In this document: in pieces, positions 8,758-19,700 of the stretch
Position numbering within the stretch: the first letter of the stretch is position 1
Layout: every line of letters starts with the position of its first letter
IMG/VR virus record: IMGVR_UViG_3300028197_000950
Coordinates: 1-63,393 of that record
Origin: a virus
Lineage: Duplodnaviria; Caudoviricetes
Strand: one strand, 5' to 3'
Length of the DNA: 63,393 nt
Notes under the pieces: model-generated
What the model saw: only the letters and a program-made list of their open reading frames with translations
Databases searched by the model: none
What the model was told of the DNA's origin: nothing
Translations under genes and position numbers: made by a program

Positions 8758-10591
8758 TATAACAGTGTACATGAAGTACGCTAAGTTCGTTCCTGAGTTG
8801 AATCGTAGAGAGACTTGGATAGAGCTAGTAGACAGAAACAAAGCTATGCATATTAAAAAATATCCAGAGCTATCAGAAAAAATAAATGAAGCCTATAAAT
8901 TAGTATATGATAAAAAAATTCTTCCAAGTATGCGTTCGTTACAATTCGGAGGTAAACCGATTGAGATTAGCCCTAATCGTGTCTATAATTGTGCTTATTT
9001 ACCAATTGATCACATTGATTCGTTCCACGAAACTATGTTCTTGCTTCTTGGAGGAACAGGTGTTGGATACTCTGTACAAAATCACCACGTAAAACAAATG
9101 CCTCCAGTTAATCAACCTTATGCTAAAAGAACTAGAAGGTTTTTAATTGGTGATAGTATTGAAGGTTGGGGAGATGCTATTAAAGTTCTCATGAAGTCTT
9201 ATATGGGTGAGAAAAGAAGTTCTACTGTAGAGTTTGATTACTCAGACATTAGACCTAAAGGCGCCCAGCTAGTTACTTCAGGTGGTAAAGCACCAGGACC
9301 TCAACCATTAAAAGAGTGTATACTAAAAATTAAAGGTATATTAGACGCTAAAGAAGATGGGACATCATTAACTACTGTTGAAGCTCACGATATAGTTTGT
9401 CACATAGCTGACTCAGTTCTAGCTGGTGGTATTCGTAGAGCTGCTTTAATTAGTTTATTTTCTGCTGAAGACAATGAAATGATTAGTTGTAAGTCAGGAA
9501 CTTGGTGGGAAACAAATCCACAAAGAGGTAGAGCTAATAACTCAGCTGTACTTATGAGACATAAAGTAACTCAAGAGTTTTTTATGGATCTGTGGAAACG
9601 TGTTGAGCTATCGGGATCAGGTGAACCTGGCATATACCTTAATAACGATAAAGACTGGGGTACAAACCCTTGTTGTGAAATAGCATTAAGACCTTTTCAG
9701 TTTTGTAACTTATGTGAAGTTAATGCTAGTGATCTTGAATCACAAGAAGATTTTAACTATAGAGTTAAGCAAGCTAGTTTCATAGGAACACTACAAGCCG
9801 GTTACACTGACTTTCATTATTTAAGAGACATATGGAAAGATACGACAGAGAAGGACGCCCTTATCGGTGTATCAATGACAGGGATAGGGAGTGCCGCTGT
9901 GCTGCAGTTGGATATGAAGGAAGCTGCAAATATAGTAAAACGAGAAAATACAAAGACAGCTAAAGCTATTGGTATTAATCCAGCAGCTAGATGTACAACT
10001 GTGAAGCCTGCTGGGACTACATCTCTGGCACTAGGAACTTCATCTGGTATTCACGCATGGCATAATGATTATTATACACGTAGAATTAGAGTTGGTAAAA
10101 ATGAATCTATGTATAAGCATTTATCTAAACATCACCCTGAATTAGTTGAAGATGAGTTTTTTAGACCTCATGATACTGCTGTGATTAGTATACCACAAAA
10201 AGCTCCTGATAATTCTATATTAAGAATGGAATCTCCTTTTGATTTGTTTGAAAGAATAAAGAAAGTTGCTCAAGAGTGGATTGTACCTGGCCATAGAAAA
10301 GGATCTAACACTCACAACGTTTCAGCTACAGTTAGTTTAAAGCAAACAGAGTGGGATCAAGCTGGAAAATGGATGTGGGAAAATAGAGATCATTACAATG
10401 GTTTATCTGTATTACCTTATGATGGCGGTACTTATACTCAAGCTCCGTTTGAAGACATAAGCAAAGTACAATATGATATGGCTATGAAACATCTAAAAGA
10501 TGTTGATCTTAGTAAAATTGTAGAAACAGAAGATGAAACAGACCTTGCAGGAGAATTAGCTTGTGCAGGTGATAATTGTGAAATAAAATAA
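8729..10591 (+). CDS. nrdJ: Class II (adenosylcobalamin-dependent) ribonucleotide reductase
   Basis: LPSMRSL, YNCAY, TNPCCEI, TTVKPAGT and C-terminal CAGDNC; no beta-subunit gene present. Confidence 0.9.
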   Translation: MELSNKILSDITVYMKYAKFVPELNRRETWIELVDRNKAMHIKKYPELSEKINEAYKLVYDKKILPSMRSLQFGGKPIEISPNRVYNCAYLPIDHIDSFHETMFLLLGGTGVGYSVQNHHVKQMPPVNQPYAKRTRRFLIGDSIEGWGDAIKVLMKSYMGEKRSSTVEFDYSDIRPKGAQLVTSGGKAPGPQPLKECILKIKGILDAKEDGTSLTTVEAHDIVCHIADSVLAGGIRRAALISLFSAEDNEMISCKSGTWWETNPQRGRANNSAVLMRHKVTQEFFMDLWKRVELSGSGEPGIYLNNDKDWGTNPCCEIALRPFQFCNLCEVNASDLESQEDFNYRVKQASFIGTLQAGYTDFHYLRDIWKDTTEKDALIGVSMTGIGSAAVLQLDMKEAANIVKRENTKTAKAIGINPAARCTTVKPAGTTSLALGTSSGIHAWHNDYYTRRIRVGKNESMYKHLSKHHPELVEDEFFRPHDTAVISIPQKAPDNSILRMESPFDLFERIKKVAQEWIVPGHRKGSNTHNVSATVSLKQTEWDQAGKWMWENRDHYNGLSVLPYDGGTYTQAPFEDISKVQYDMAMKHLKDVDLSKIVETEDETDLAGELACAGDNCEIK

Positions 10592-10599
10592 AATAAAAT

Positions 10600-10647
10600 A
10601 TGTGTGGATTGTGTCTAGGCGGTATTTGTGAATACTGTAACGTTTAA
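10600..10647 (+). CDS. Putative 15-aa four-cysteine micropeptide MCGLCLGGICEYCNV
   Basis: A-rich leader and CxxC-x4-CxxC; sits between the RNR stop and the terminator. Confidence 0.45.
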   Translation: MCGLCLGGICEYCNV

Positions 10648-10652
10648 AATAT

Positions 10653-10686
10653 AAAAAGGGGAAGTCGTAATGACCTCCCCTTTTTT
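10653..10686. terminator. Bidirectional rho-independent terminator between the converging arms
   Basis: AAAAA-GGGGAAGTC-GTAAT-GACCTCCCC-TTTTTT. Confidence 0.85.
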
Positions 10687-10692
10687 GGTTAC

Positions 10693-10722
10693 AGGAACTT
10701 TGGGTATGGTGCCCAGTTCTTT
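10693..10722 (+). terminator. Second hairpin with T-tract
   Basis: GGAAC-TT-TGGGTA-TGG-TGCCCA-GTTC-TTTTT. Confidence 0.45.
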
Positions 10723-10728
10723 TTGTTC

Positions 10729-13700
10729 CTACTTCATTAACTCAACTAGCTTTTCTACTCTATCAGCTTCTAATTTTAAAGCCTTTATTTCGTCTTTGCT
10801 TAAACCTAAACTATCTAGTTTTCTAACTTGCTCAGCTTTATTTAGTTTCTTATACTTGTATTCTTCAATAGCTTTTTTATCTACTATATTTTTCTTTTTA
10901 CTATTTTTAGCTATTATTAAATCTATTTTAGCTTTCTCTGTTTTAGCATTTTTTATAGTATACTCTCCAAAACCTAGACTTTTTAACATTTTAACTTGCT
11001 GATCAGAAGTTAATTTCTTAATAGTATCATAGTCTTTTGATCCTTTAGCTTTTTTGTAATTATCTATTTTAGATTTAGCTTTAACCTCTGCTTTTTGTTC
11101 AGGCGTTAGATCAGCCGCTGTTTTAGGACTTTCTAATTGCCATTTAGGCCAACCACCCATCATAGCTACTCTTTGCCATATTTCATTGTCTTCATCTAAA
11201 GCTCCTTCAATGTTTTTTATCTTATACATAACTCTATCAAGAGGAACATTAGTTGTAGCAGAAACTACTTTAGCAGCAGCTTCATAAGCTGGGTTATCTA
11301 AAGAAAATCCTTTCTCAAATATTAATTCTCTACGTTTTTTAGAATCAAACTGCCAACCAGCTTGCTTCAGTTTAGATAACTTAGAGTATATAGGTGGTGA
11401 GAACCTAGTCACTTCCCATACAGAATCTACATACTCCGGTCGATCTCTTCCTGATCTTTCGTAAATATCCATTAAAAAGTTTTTAGCTACAGAAACAGCT
11501 GCTCCTCCAATACCTAAACCTCTTAGTAGAGAGTCTAGCATACCGTTAGCTACATTTAAATACTTCTTATTTTTAGCTTCTTCTTTTTCATCATCATCAT
11601 CTCCAAAACCTAAAGCAAATACAGCTTGTTGTAAAGCGTTGAATATTACATTTTGAACAAATCCATAATAAACTATTCTACTAACATGAGACTTAGCATC
11701 TCCTCTACCGTTAACTAAATCTTGTATAGCTCTTTTTTGTATCCTAGCATACTGCATAGGTGTATTAGCAAAAGCTAATATTAACCTACCAACATTACTA
11801 GATTGTTGTTGAGATATTCTACTAGGATCAGAAGACTGTTGAGACTCTTCAGCTACTTGTCTAAATTCTATAAGAGCTTGTTCCTTAGCTTCAGTTTCTG
11901 TCTTGCCTTGACGTACTAAATCTTTTATTCTATTTCTATAAAAAGTAGCACCACCAGAAGCTATAGCAAAGCTATCAGCGTATTGTGTAGGTAAGAAACC
12001 TTTTTGTAATAAATAATTAATAGCAGCTTTAGCCTTGTTCTTACTTGTTGCAGCAGCATCAGCTATTTCAGACTCTGATATATTAAGTTTTAAACCATTA
12101 CGTCTATCTAGTAAGTAGTCAGAGTTCATTAGCTCTTTAAAATCAGACCAGTATTGTTTTTGATTAGCAAAAGCTTTACCAGCTTGATAAGGGTTATTAA
12201 AACTCCAGTTAACAAAGTTTATAGAAGATATTGTTTGTAACACTGCTGATCTAGTGTTAAAAAACATTATAGTACCTATCGAACCATTAACATAGTCTAA
12301 TATTTGGTTTTCTATTTTACTACCGCTAGTTAACCTGTTCTTACCAGTCTTCATTCTAGTTAACATGTTTGTCAACGCGTCTACATATTTAGTACCATAT
12401 ATAGCTTCTAGCTTATTTAAATTCTCTTTAGAGTATATAGTGTCAATAGACTCTTGCCATTCGCTTAGATATTTAGATCTTTTCTCTGTGTTGATTAAAT
12501 TTATTAAATCAGTTGTTATAGTACCAACAAGCCAATTAGCATCTGGTTTAGAATAACCATCACCCTTAGTTATTTGTAATATTTGCTCAGAAAATTCTTT
12601 TAGTGTAGCGTCATTTTCAACAGTGTCATTTAATTGTTTTAAATCTCTTTTAGAAAGCCCAGGAACTTCATAACCCATACTTGTGAATAAGTGTACTCTA
12701 ACAGCTTGTTCATTAGTAAAACCACTGCTGTTCTTTTTTCTAAGGTTTGCAGGTATGTTTAATGATTTTTTTAATTGCTTAAAATCGTTCATTAAATTTA
12801 ATCTAGACGTAGATAAATTCTCTTGAGCTTTAGTATATTTATCTATTAAATTAGTTTTATACCAAGCCATTTGAGCATCTCCCTTGCTACCTTTTGATAA
12901 AGTAGGATATACTAAACCTAAAAAGTCTTCAGCAGAATAAGGTATAAAGAATTTAAAATTACCTTTACTTGCTCCTATAGTTTTAGCTTTAGCCGCAGAG
13001 TATTCTTTAAATGCGTCTACACCAGTAGTTTCCTCTAGTAGGTCATTAAATTCATCACTAAGCTTTTTACTTTCTTTAATTCTAGCTTGTTGAACTTTAG
13101 ATTTAACATCTATGACTGACATTACATCTCTAACAGCTTTAACATTTTGATAAGCATCATCTGCGAAGTAGAAGTCGTTATAACCTTCTGCAGCTTTATT
13201 AACCATCCACTTTGCTTTAGCAGCTCCTGTTGAGTCACCTAGTCCAGTTATATTCTCTAATGGTATATCTAAACCTTGGCTATCTAAAAATTCTTTTATA
13301 GCTACTTGAGCAGCAGGGTTTCTAGCTGTTAGCACAAATACATCTTGTGTGCCTCTAGCGTCTTGTATTTTCTTAGCTATATCTAAAAGTGGACCAGGCT
13401 TTCCTTTAGTTACTTTATTAAACTCTGAAAAATCAAATTCATATCCTTGTTCTAGTAATTGAGCTCCTTGTGTTGCAAACTGTTCAGCGTTTAATTTGCC
13501 TTCTGTTCCATCAGGTGCTGTAAATAAAACATCTGATTTAGTAGTTGCTAAAGTATCGTCAAAATCAAATACCCTAATTTTTTTAACTGGCTGATCTAGC
13601 GAATTAGCTAATTTTAATGCTTCATCGACAGTTGAAGCATAATTAATTATATCTTCATTAGTTTCAGTTTTACTAAACTTAACAACTTCGTTAGATAATT

Positions 13701-16700
13701 CTTTTATGTTTGACTCTTTAGCAGGGACTTTGGCTTCTAACATTTTAACAGCCTCTGTTTTCATTAAAGAAGAAACACTTGATGCACTGTCTAAAGTATA
13801 GTCACTTTTAGGAATATTTCTTAATTTACTTGGTAATACTCTTAAATTAACAGTTGTCATCATTACGCCGTCTTTATTCACTGAAGATTTACCTTTATTT
13901 ACTCTTAAAGTAAGATCAACATTACCTGTTAATTCTGGTAAAGGTAATCCTAAAGGGTTTTTACCCATAAAAAATAATCCACTACCTTGTAATTGTATAT
14001 AGCTAGTTGGAGGTACTTTATTTTCATAAATCTCCCTTACTGGAGTTATATCAAATTCAGCTATTTGAGTTATTGCTTTTTGAAGTCCTTCTCCTTTTAT
14101 TCCATCTGGATATTTTTCTTTTATTGCGGAGTATTTAGGTTTTAAATCAGCAACGCCTTCAGCATCTAACCCTTCACCTAGTTGTATATATATATCTGCA
14201 GGAAGTTTACCTGTTTTATCATATACATTTAAATCAGCACCTAATTCACCTGCTCTTTTTCTATAAGCTTTTAAAGCCTTATCAGCTTTTTCAAATAATT
14301 CTTTTCTTATTCTTTCTTTAAAACTATAGTTTTTCTTTTTAACATTGTTGTTAAAATCTATTAAACCATTTCTAAATCTTAGACCAACATCTCCGTATTG
14401 AGCAACTGCTAATTTAACTTCTACATTAAGAGCATTGTCAAATATTGTAGCTGCAAAATCTGATATTCCTTTTTTATTACCCCCAGCTTGACCTGAAACA
14501 TTAAAACCTTTTATTTTTAAAGCTTTTAATCTTTCTATAATTACATTTTCATAAGCAAATCCTTTATTTGTACCTATCTTGTTGTATTCAAGATTTATAG
14601 CCTCTTGAAGTGTTATCCCAGGGTTATTATCTACTATTTGTCCAACTCTTTTTACAAATGTTTTTTCTTGATTTTTATCTAAATCTAATCCATCTAGTTT
14701 TTTAGCAAATAATAGTCTAGGATCTTTTTGAGTTTTCTTAGCAGACATAGCTTTAGTCTGATCACTTTCACCTTTTTTATTTCTTATTTCAGGTAAAGCA
14801 TCTTTGAACATCTGTCTACCTAAAGACTCTGCTAATTTACCTTTTCTATTGCTAACAGTAGATGGTTTTTCTTTTGTAAAGAAATCTACAGTAGCACCTG
14901 CACCAGGATTTAATATGTCATAAAGCATAACACCTTGAGACTCATTTTCAACATAAGCTCTACCTGAGTCTCTATACTTTCTTATATCAGCTTGACTTGT
15001 TAAACGTCTATTAGGCTTAGTAAACATTCTAGGTTTACCTTGTTTCATTAAACCCTTGTCTAAGTCTATTAAGTATTTAATATCTAAATCTCTAATATTA
15101 TTATAATTATCTTTTATAAAGGTTTTGTAGTCTTGTCCTTTTAATATATTATCTTTAACCCAAGATTTAAGCTCTGTACCAGCTAATTGATCTAGTTTAG
15201 TTCTAAAGTTCTTAGCGTTGGCATCAGGAAGCTTGTTAGAGACGTTCTCTGACACTTTCTTAAAATCTTCGACTTGTTCGTTGTTTAAACCTTTTTGATC
15301 TCCTACAATTAAGTTTCTTCTAAATTGAGATTTTGGAGCAGCAGAAGCTTCGCCACCATCTATTCTATTTATAATATCTTGTTCTGCACTTTTATCTTCA
15401 ATATCAAAAGCTTGGCCTTCACTAGTTGGCTTATCTATACTACGAGCATTAGAATCTGGTCTTGTTGCATATTCTTTCTTAACATCTAATAAAGCTTTTT
15501 GAGCTATACCACCCATACCATTTTCACTTGCTTTTCCATAGATAAAGCTAAATAAACTACGTCTATTACCGTCAAGTTCTGGTTTGAAGTTTTTTAATGT
15601 TCTTATTTGTAAGTTTTCTTTTATTTTTCTATTAACTTCTTCCTTAACACTTGGACTTAAACTTTGTAAATTTCCATCTCTAGTTATTAATTGATTTATA
15701 TAACTATTAAAATTTGAATTATTTTCAATAGCATCAAAAGCATCTAAAGCAGCTTCGCTTTCTTTAAAATCATCGTTTGTTTTAAGATCTTCAGTAATAT
15801 TCTGATCAAAAGAGTTAGACATGGATTTAGTATCAACGCTTATAGGTTTAGCTGCAACCATTTTAGTATCTCTAGATTTTATATCTTCAGTAGTAGTTTC
15901 AGATTGCTTATTTATAGGTATTACTTTTGTGTCGTTTTCAGATGCTATTAAGTCTCCAGACTTTTTAATTATATCAGAAAACTTAACTTTACCTTTAGCT
16001 AGCTTTCTTTGTGATCTAGTTAACTTACCTCTTCCAGTATTTCTAATATAATCATCAAGAACTTCCATAACATTGTTCTCATTAATTTCTATTTCCATAC
16101 CTAAACCTTGAAATAATCTTCTTACTCCAGCTTGAATTTCACCACCAACAGTTGTGCCTTTTTTAAACTCACCTCTTTTCTTGAGTTGAGTATAATAAGT
16201 TAATATTTCTTCAGCTACATCAGCATCTGTGTAGTTTTCATCTGACCTATACTTGTCTAATTGTCTTTCTATTTTTCTTGCTGTCTCAGGATCTACCTCA
16301 GCCATTTGCTTTTTCAAAGCTTCCGCTATACCGAATACTACATTTTTATTTTTAGGATCGCTTAAAGCTATATCTAAAAAGTTATGTAAAGATTCATGTT
16401 CTAAAACACCTTTAGTTGCCGTTTTAGACATTAGTATTATGCCTTTGTCTTTTAAATAAACACCTTCTGGATCTAATAAATCTTCTTTATTTAAATTATA
16501 TTTTTTAGCTATTTCATCAACGTTTTCATCATCAAATACTTCTACTTTAGATTCGTTTAATAAATTATCAGCATCTTCTTTAGATATATCTTGATCTTTA
16601 GCTAAGTTTTTTATTTTCTGTAATGACACAATTTTTAGTTGCTTGTCAGTAAAATCTAGTTGCTCTTGCTCAGTTAACTCCTTAGATATTTCATTGTTAC

Positions 16701-19700
16701 TATCTGTAGTTATTTCTTGAATTTGCTTGTTATTATCTTCTATTTGATTTTTTATTCTAGCATTAGTGTTTGGCCCTAATTTTTTTGCTTCTACTTCTAG
16801 CTTTTCATTAGCCTCTAATAATTGAGCAACTTCCATTTGAGCTTTACCATTTATGTTTGGGTCTATTTTATTAAACCTACTAAATGCTTTATTCATTTCA
16901 AAAGCATCTTCATCAAACTGCTCTTGAGTATATATCTCGCCATTAACCTCTTGTCCTATTTGCTCTTTTATTTGTGTTAAAGCTACTGATAGATCTTCTG
17001 GAGATCTTAAAGTATTAGCAAGTTCTTCCATGTTTTTTTCAAACTGCTTTCTTTCAGCAAAAGAATTTTCAGCTTCGTAATCGCTTAATATTTGTTCACT
17101 ATTTATCATAGCTTGAAAACTACCACCTGCATTACCTGATAAAAAAGAAACACCAGCCATATGTTTCATTTCTTTTTTAAACTCACTTGAAGTGTAAGCA
17201 GGTAATTCAAAACTCAATTGATTTCCTGTTCCTTTGTTAAACATCTCAGTAATAAAGTAATCCGCGCCTGTTTGAATAGTTTCATCTAAAAGTTCATCTA
17301 TACCAGATCCAGTTACTTTACCAAACTTAGATAAAGCTTTAGCGCTTAAATCTCCTATTTTCTTGTTAACAGCTATTTGAATATCTTTTGCAGTAACATT
17401 ACCTGTCAAGTTCTTCATTACAGAATTAGTTACTCTACCTACTACTTTTTCAGTTATTTTAATATTACCTTTCATTATACCTGCAGTAACATAAGACAAA
17501 GCACCTTGCACAGTTGCTTTTGCTAAAGCATATCCTTGCCTAGAAGCTGGCGACCATATTTCATCAAATCTTTTCTTAGCTTCTGACCTGCTTAGTTCAG
17601 GGTGATCAGCTATAAATTCATTTTCTACTCTAACAGCATCAGCTTGTTCAGCGGCTAGAGTTCCAAAGAAATAACCGCCAGCTAAACCTGTTAATGGAGC
17701 ACCTATGACAGCACCGTACATTTGAGCAAAAGAATTTATAGTTCCACCAACAAGGCTTTGAGCAAATTCTTGACTGAACTTTTCATCATTACCACTTAGT
17801 TGTAGTTGATCTTTTATCGCTTTAATATTACTATCTATACTTGCATTTTCAAAAGCAAATCTCTGTTTGTAAGACTTGTACTGTCTATCATTTATACCAA
17901 AAGCTTTTTTAATGAAATCAGGAGATCCACTTGAATATATCTCATGTCCAAGATAGTTTATACCTCTAGCAAATAATTGAAAAGCTTGAACTCTACCTAC
18001 ACTTGTCTCCGCAACTTGACCCACTACAGTATTATATAACTCTCTTATATAACTTCCTTGTGCTTCATATTTTTCAGACATTTTTTCTAAGCGACCACTA
18101 AGCATTAAATTTGAAGCTGTATATTCTCCTTCTAAAGCTGTTAAAAAATCATTATCAGCAAGTAAACCATCAAACTCATCTTTTAACTTAGTAAAACCAC
18201 CAATTCCGGCATTGTACTCCTCTGTTAAAGATTCTATATTTGGTATTTTATCATCATAAAATTCTTTGTATTTAGAGGATATACTTTTTTCTTTTTCTAA
18301 GTTTTTATTATAAGTCTTTATAGAGTCTTTTTGATCTGACATGAAACCTTTTTCCCACTTTACATACTCTTTAGTTAATTGCTTTGCTAAATCTGGGTTA
18401 TTAGCTATCTCTTTCTTTAATTGATCTACCTTTTTACTTTGAACATTAGAACCATTGTCTATTTCTTCTTTAAGAATTTTGTTATCTTTTTCTATTAATC
18501 TTATTTCTTCATTTGATTTTATAAACTGTTTTCTTAATAAAGTTTTTTGTTTTGTAATATCTTCTGAAATCTTAGAAGTATCTAGTATTATTTTTGTTCT
18601 TTGTTGGATATTAGACTTTTGTTCGTTTATATTTCCTTTTATGAGATTAATTGTTTTCTTTTTTTCTTTTATTTCCTTGCTGTTATCAGCCTTAGCTCCA
18701 GGAGCAGTGCTGTTTGATTTTTTGTATTCACTTATGTTTTTATCTATAAAGTTTGTAATACCTTCAATGTCTTCTACTTTGTTTCCTCTTGCACCAAAAT
18801 CAGCCTTATAAGAAAGACCTTTTCTTTCCATTAATTTATTAAAGTCATCTGTTTCATAAATTACTTCTCCAAAAGAATTTCTTTTTGGCATCTGATCGGC
18901 AGATATACCATTAGCTTCTAAAGTTTTTCTATAATCTACACTACCGTCATCTTTAAATACAGGGTTTTTATAAACATAAACGTCACTACCATCTCTAATA
19001 GCGCCAATACCATTATTTATATACTTTTCATTAATATTATCTCTTACAGCATCAGATTCTAGATTTTCAAACTCTCTTATATTTTTTCCTAGTTTCTTTT
19101 TTATACCAAATATTCCTGTCTGGCCATAGTTTTTCTCTGTTTTAATTTCATAGCCATTATCAGTATTTTTAAAATAACCACCTTTACCAGTCCAGTCCGT
19201 AGGTTTTGGCTTTTCTTGTTTTTCTTCTATGGAACTTAACATATTGTTATTACGATATGCTTGAACAAGTTTTGATTGTTTATTATTTTTGTTTTCTTTA
19301 AGCTCTTCTACCCTTTCTGGAGTTGTCTCAGGGTTGTTTAATTCTTGATCAATTACATTTATCTCATTTATAATTTCTGAAGGATTAGCAGGTATAAGTG
19401 AGCTTTCCGCGGTAACAACTAATTCTGGTAAAGTTTCATCTTTAGGATCTCTTATAGTAACTTGATCTGTAGTTACAACATCATCTTTTTTACCAAACAA
19501 TTCTTCTTCTTGCTCAAAAGTTAGGTATATTGGAGTATCTCCTTGAATTTCCTTGGCTGTATTAAAGTTGAAAAAGCCATTTTTTTTATCTTGCTTGTAG
19601 TAAGCTATATAATAATTTCCTTTAGAAGTTTCAACTGTAGATTCTTTATCTTCACCTGGCCTGTTTATTCTTTTTTTAGTTTCTGGCTCAGTATAATTAT

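Noticed and set aside
13545-13580. DFDD in the giant protein as a virion RNA polymerase catalytic loop, as in crAss-like phages
   Set aside because: The context VFDFDDTLA with downstream LTAR and YFADD fits HAD motifs I, II and IV, not the DxDxD loop of two-barrel polymerases.
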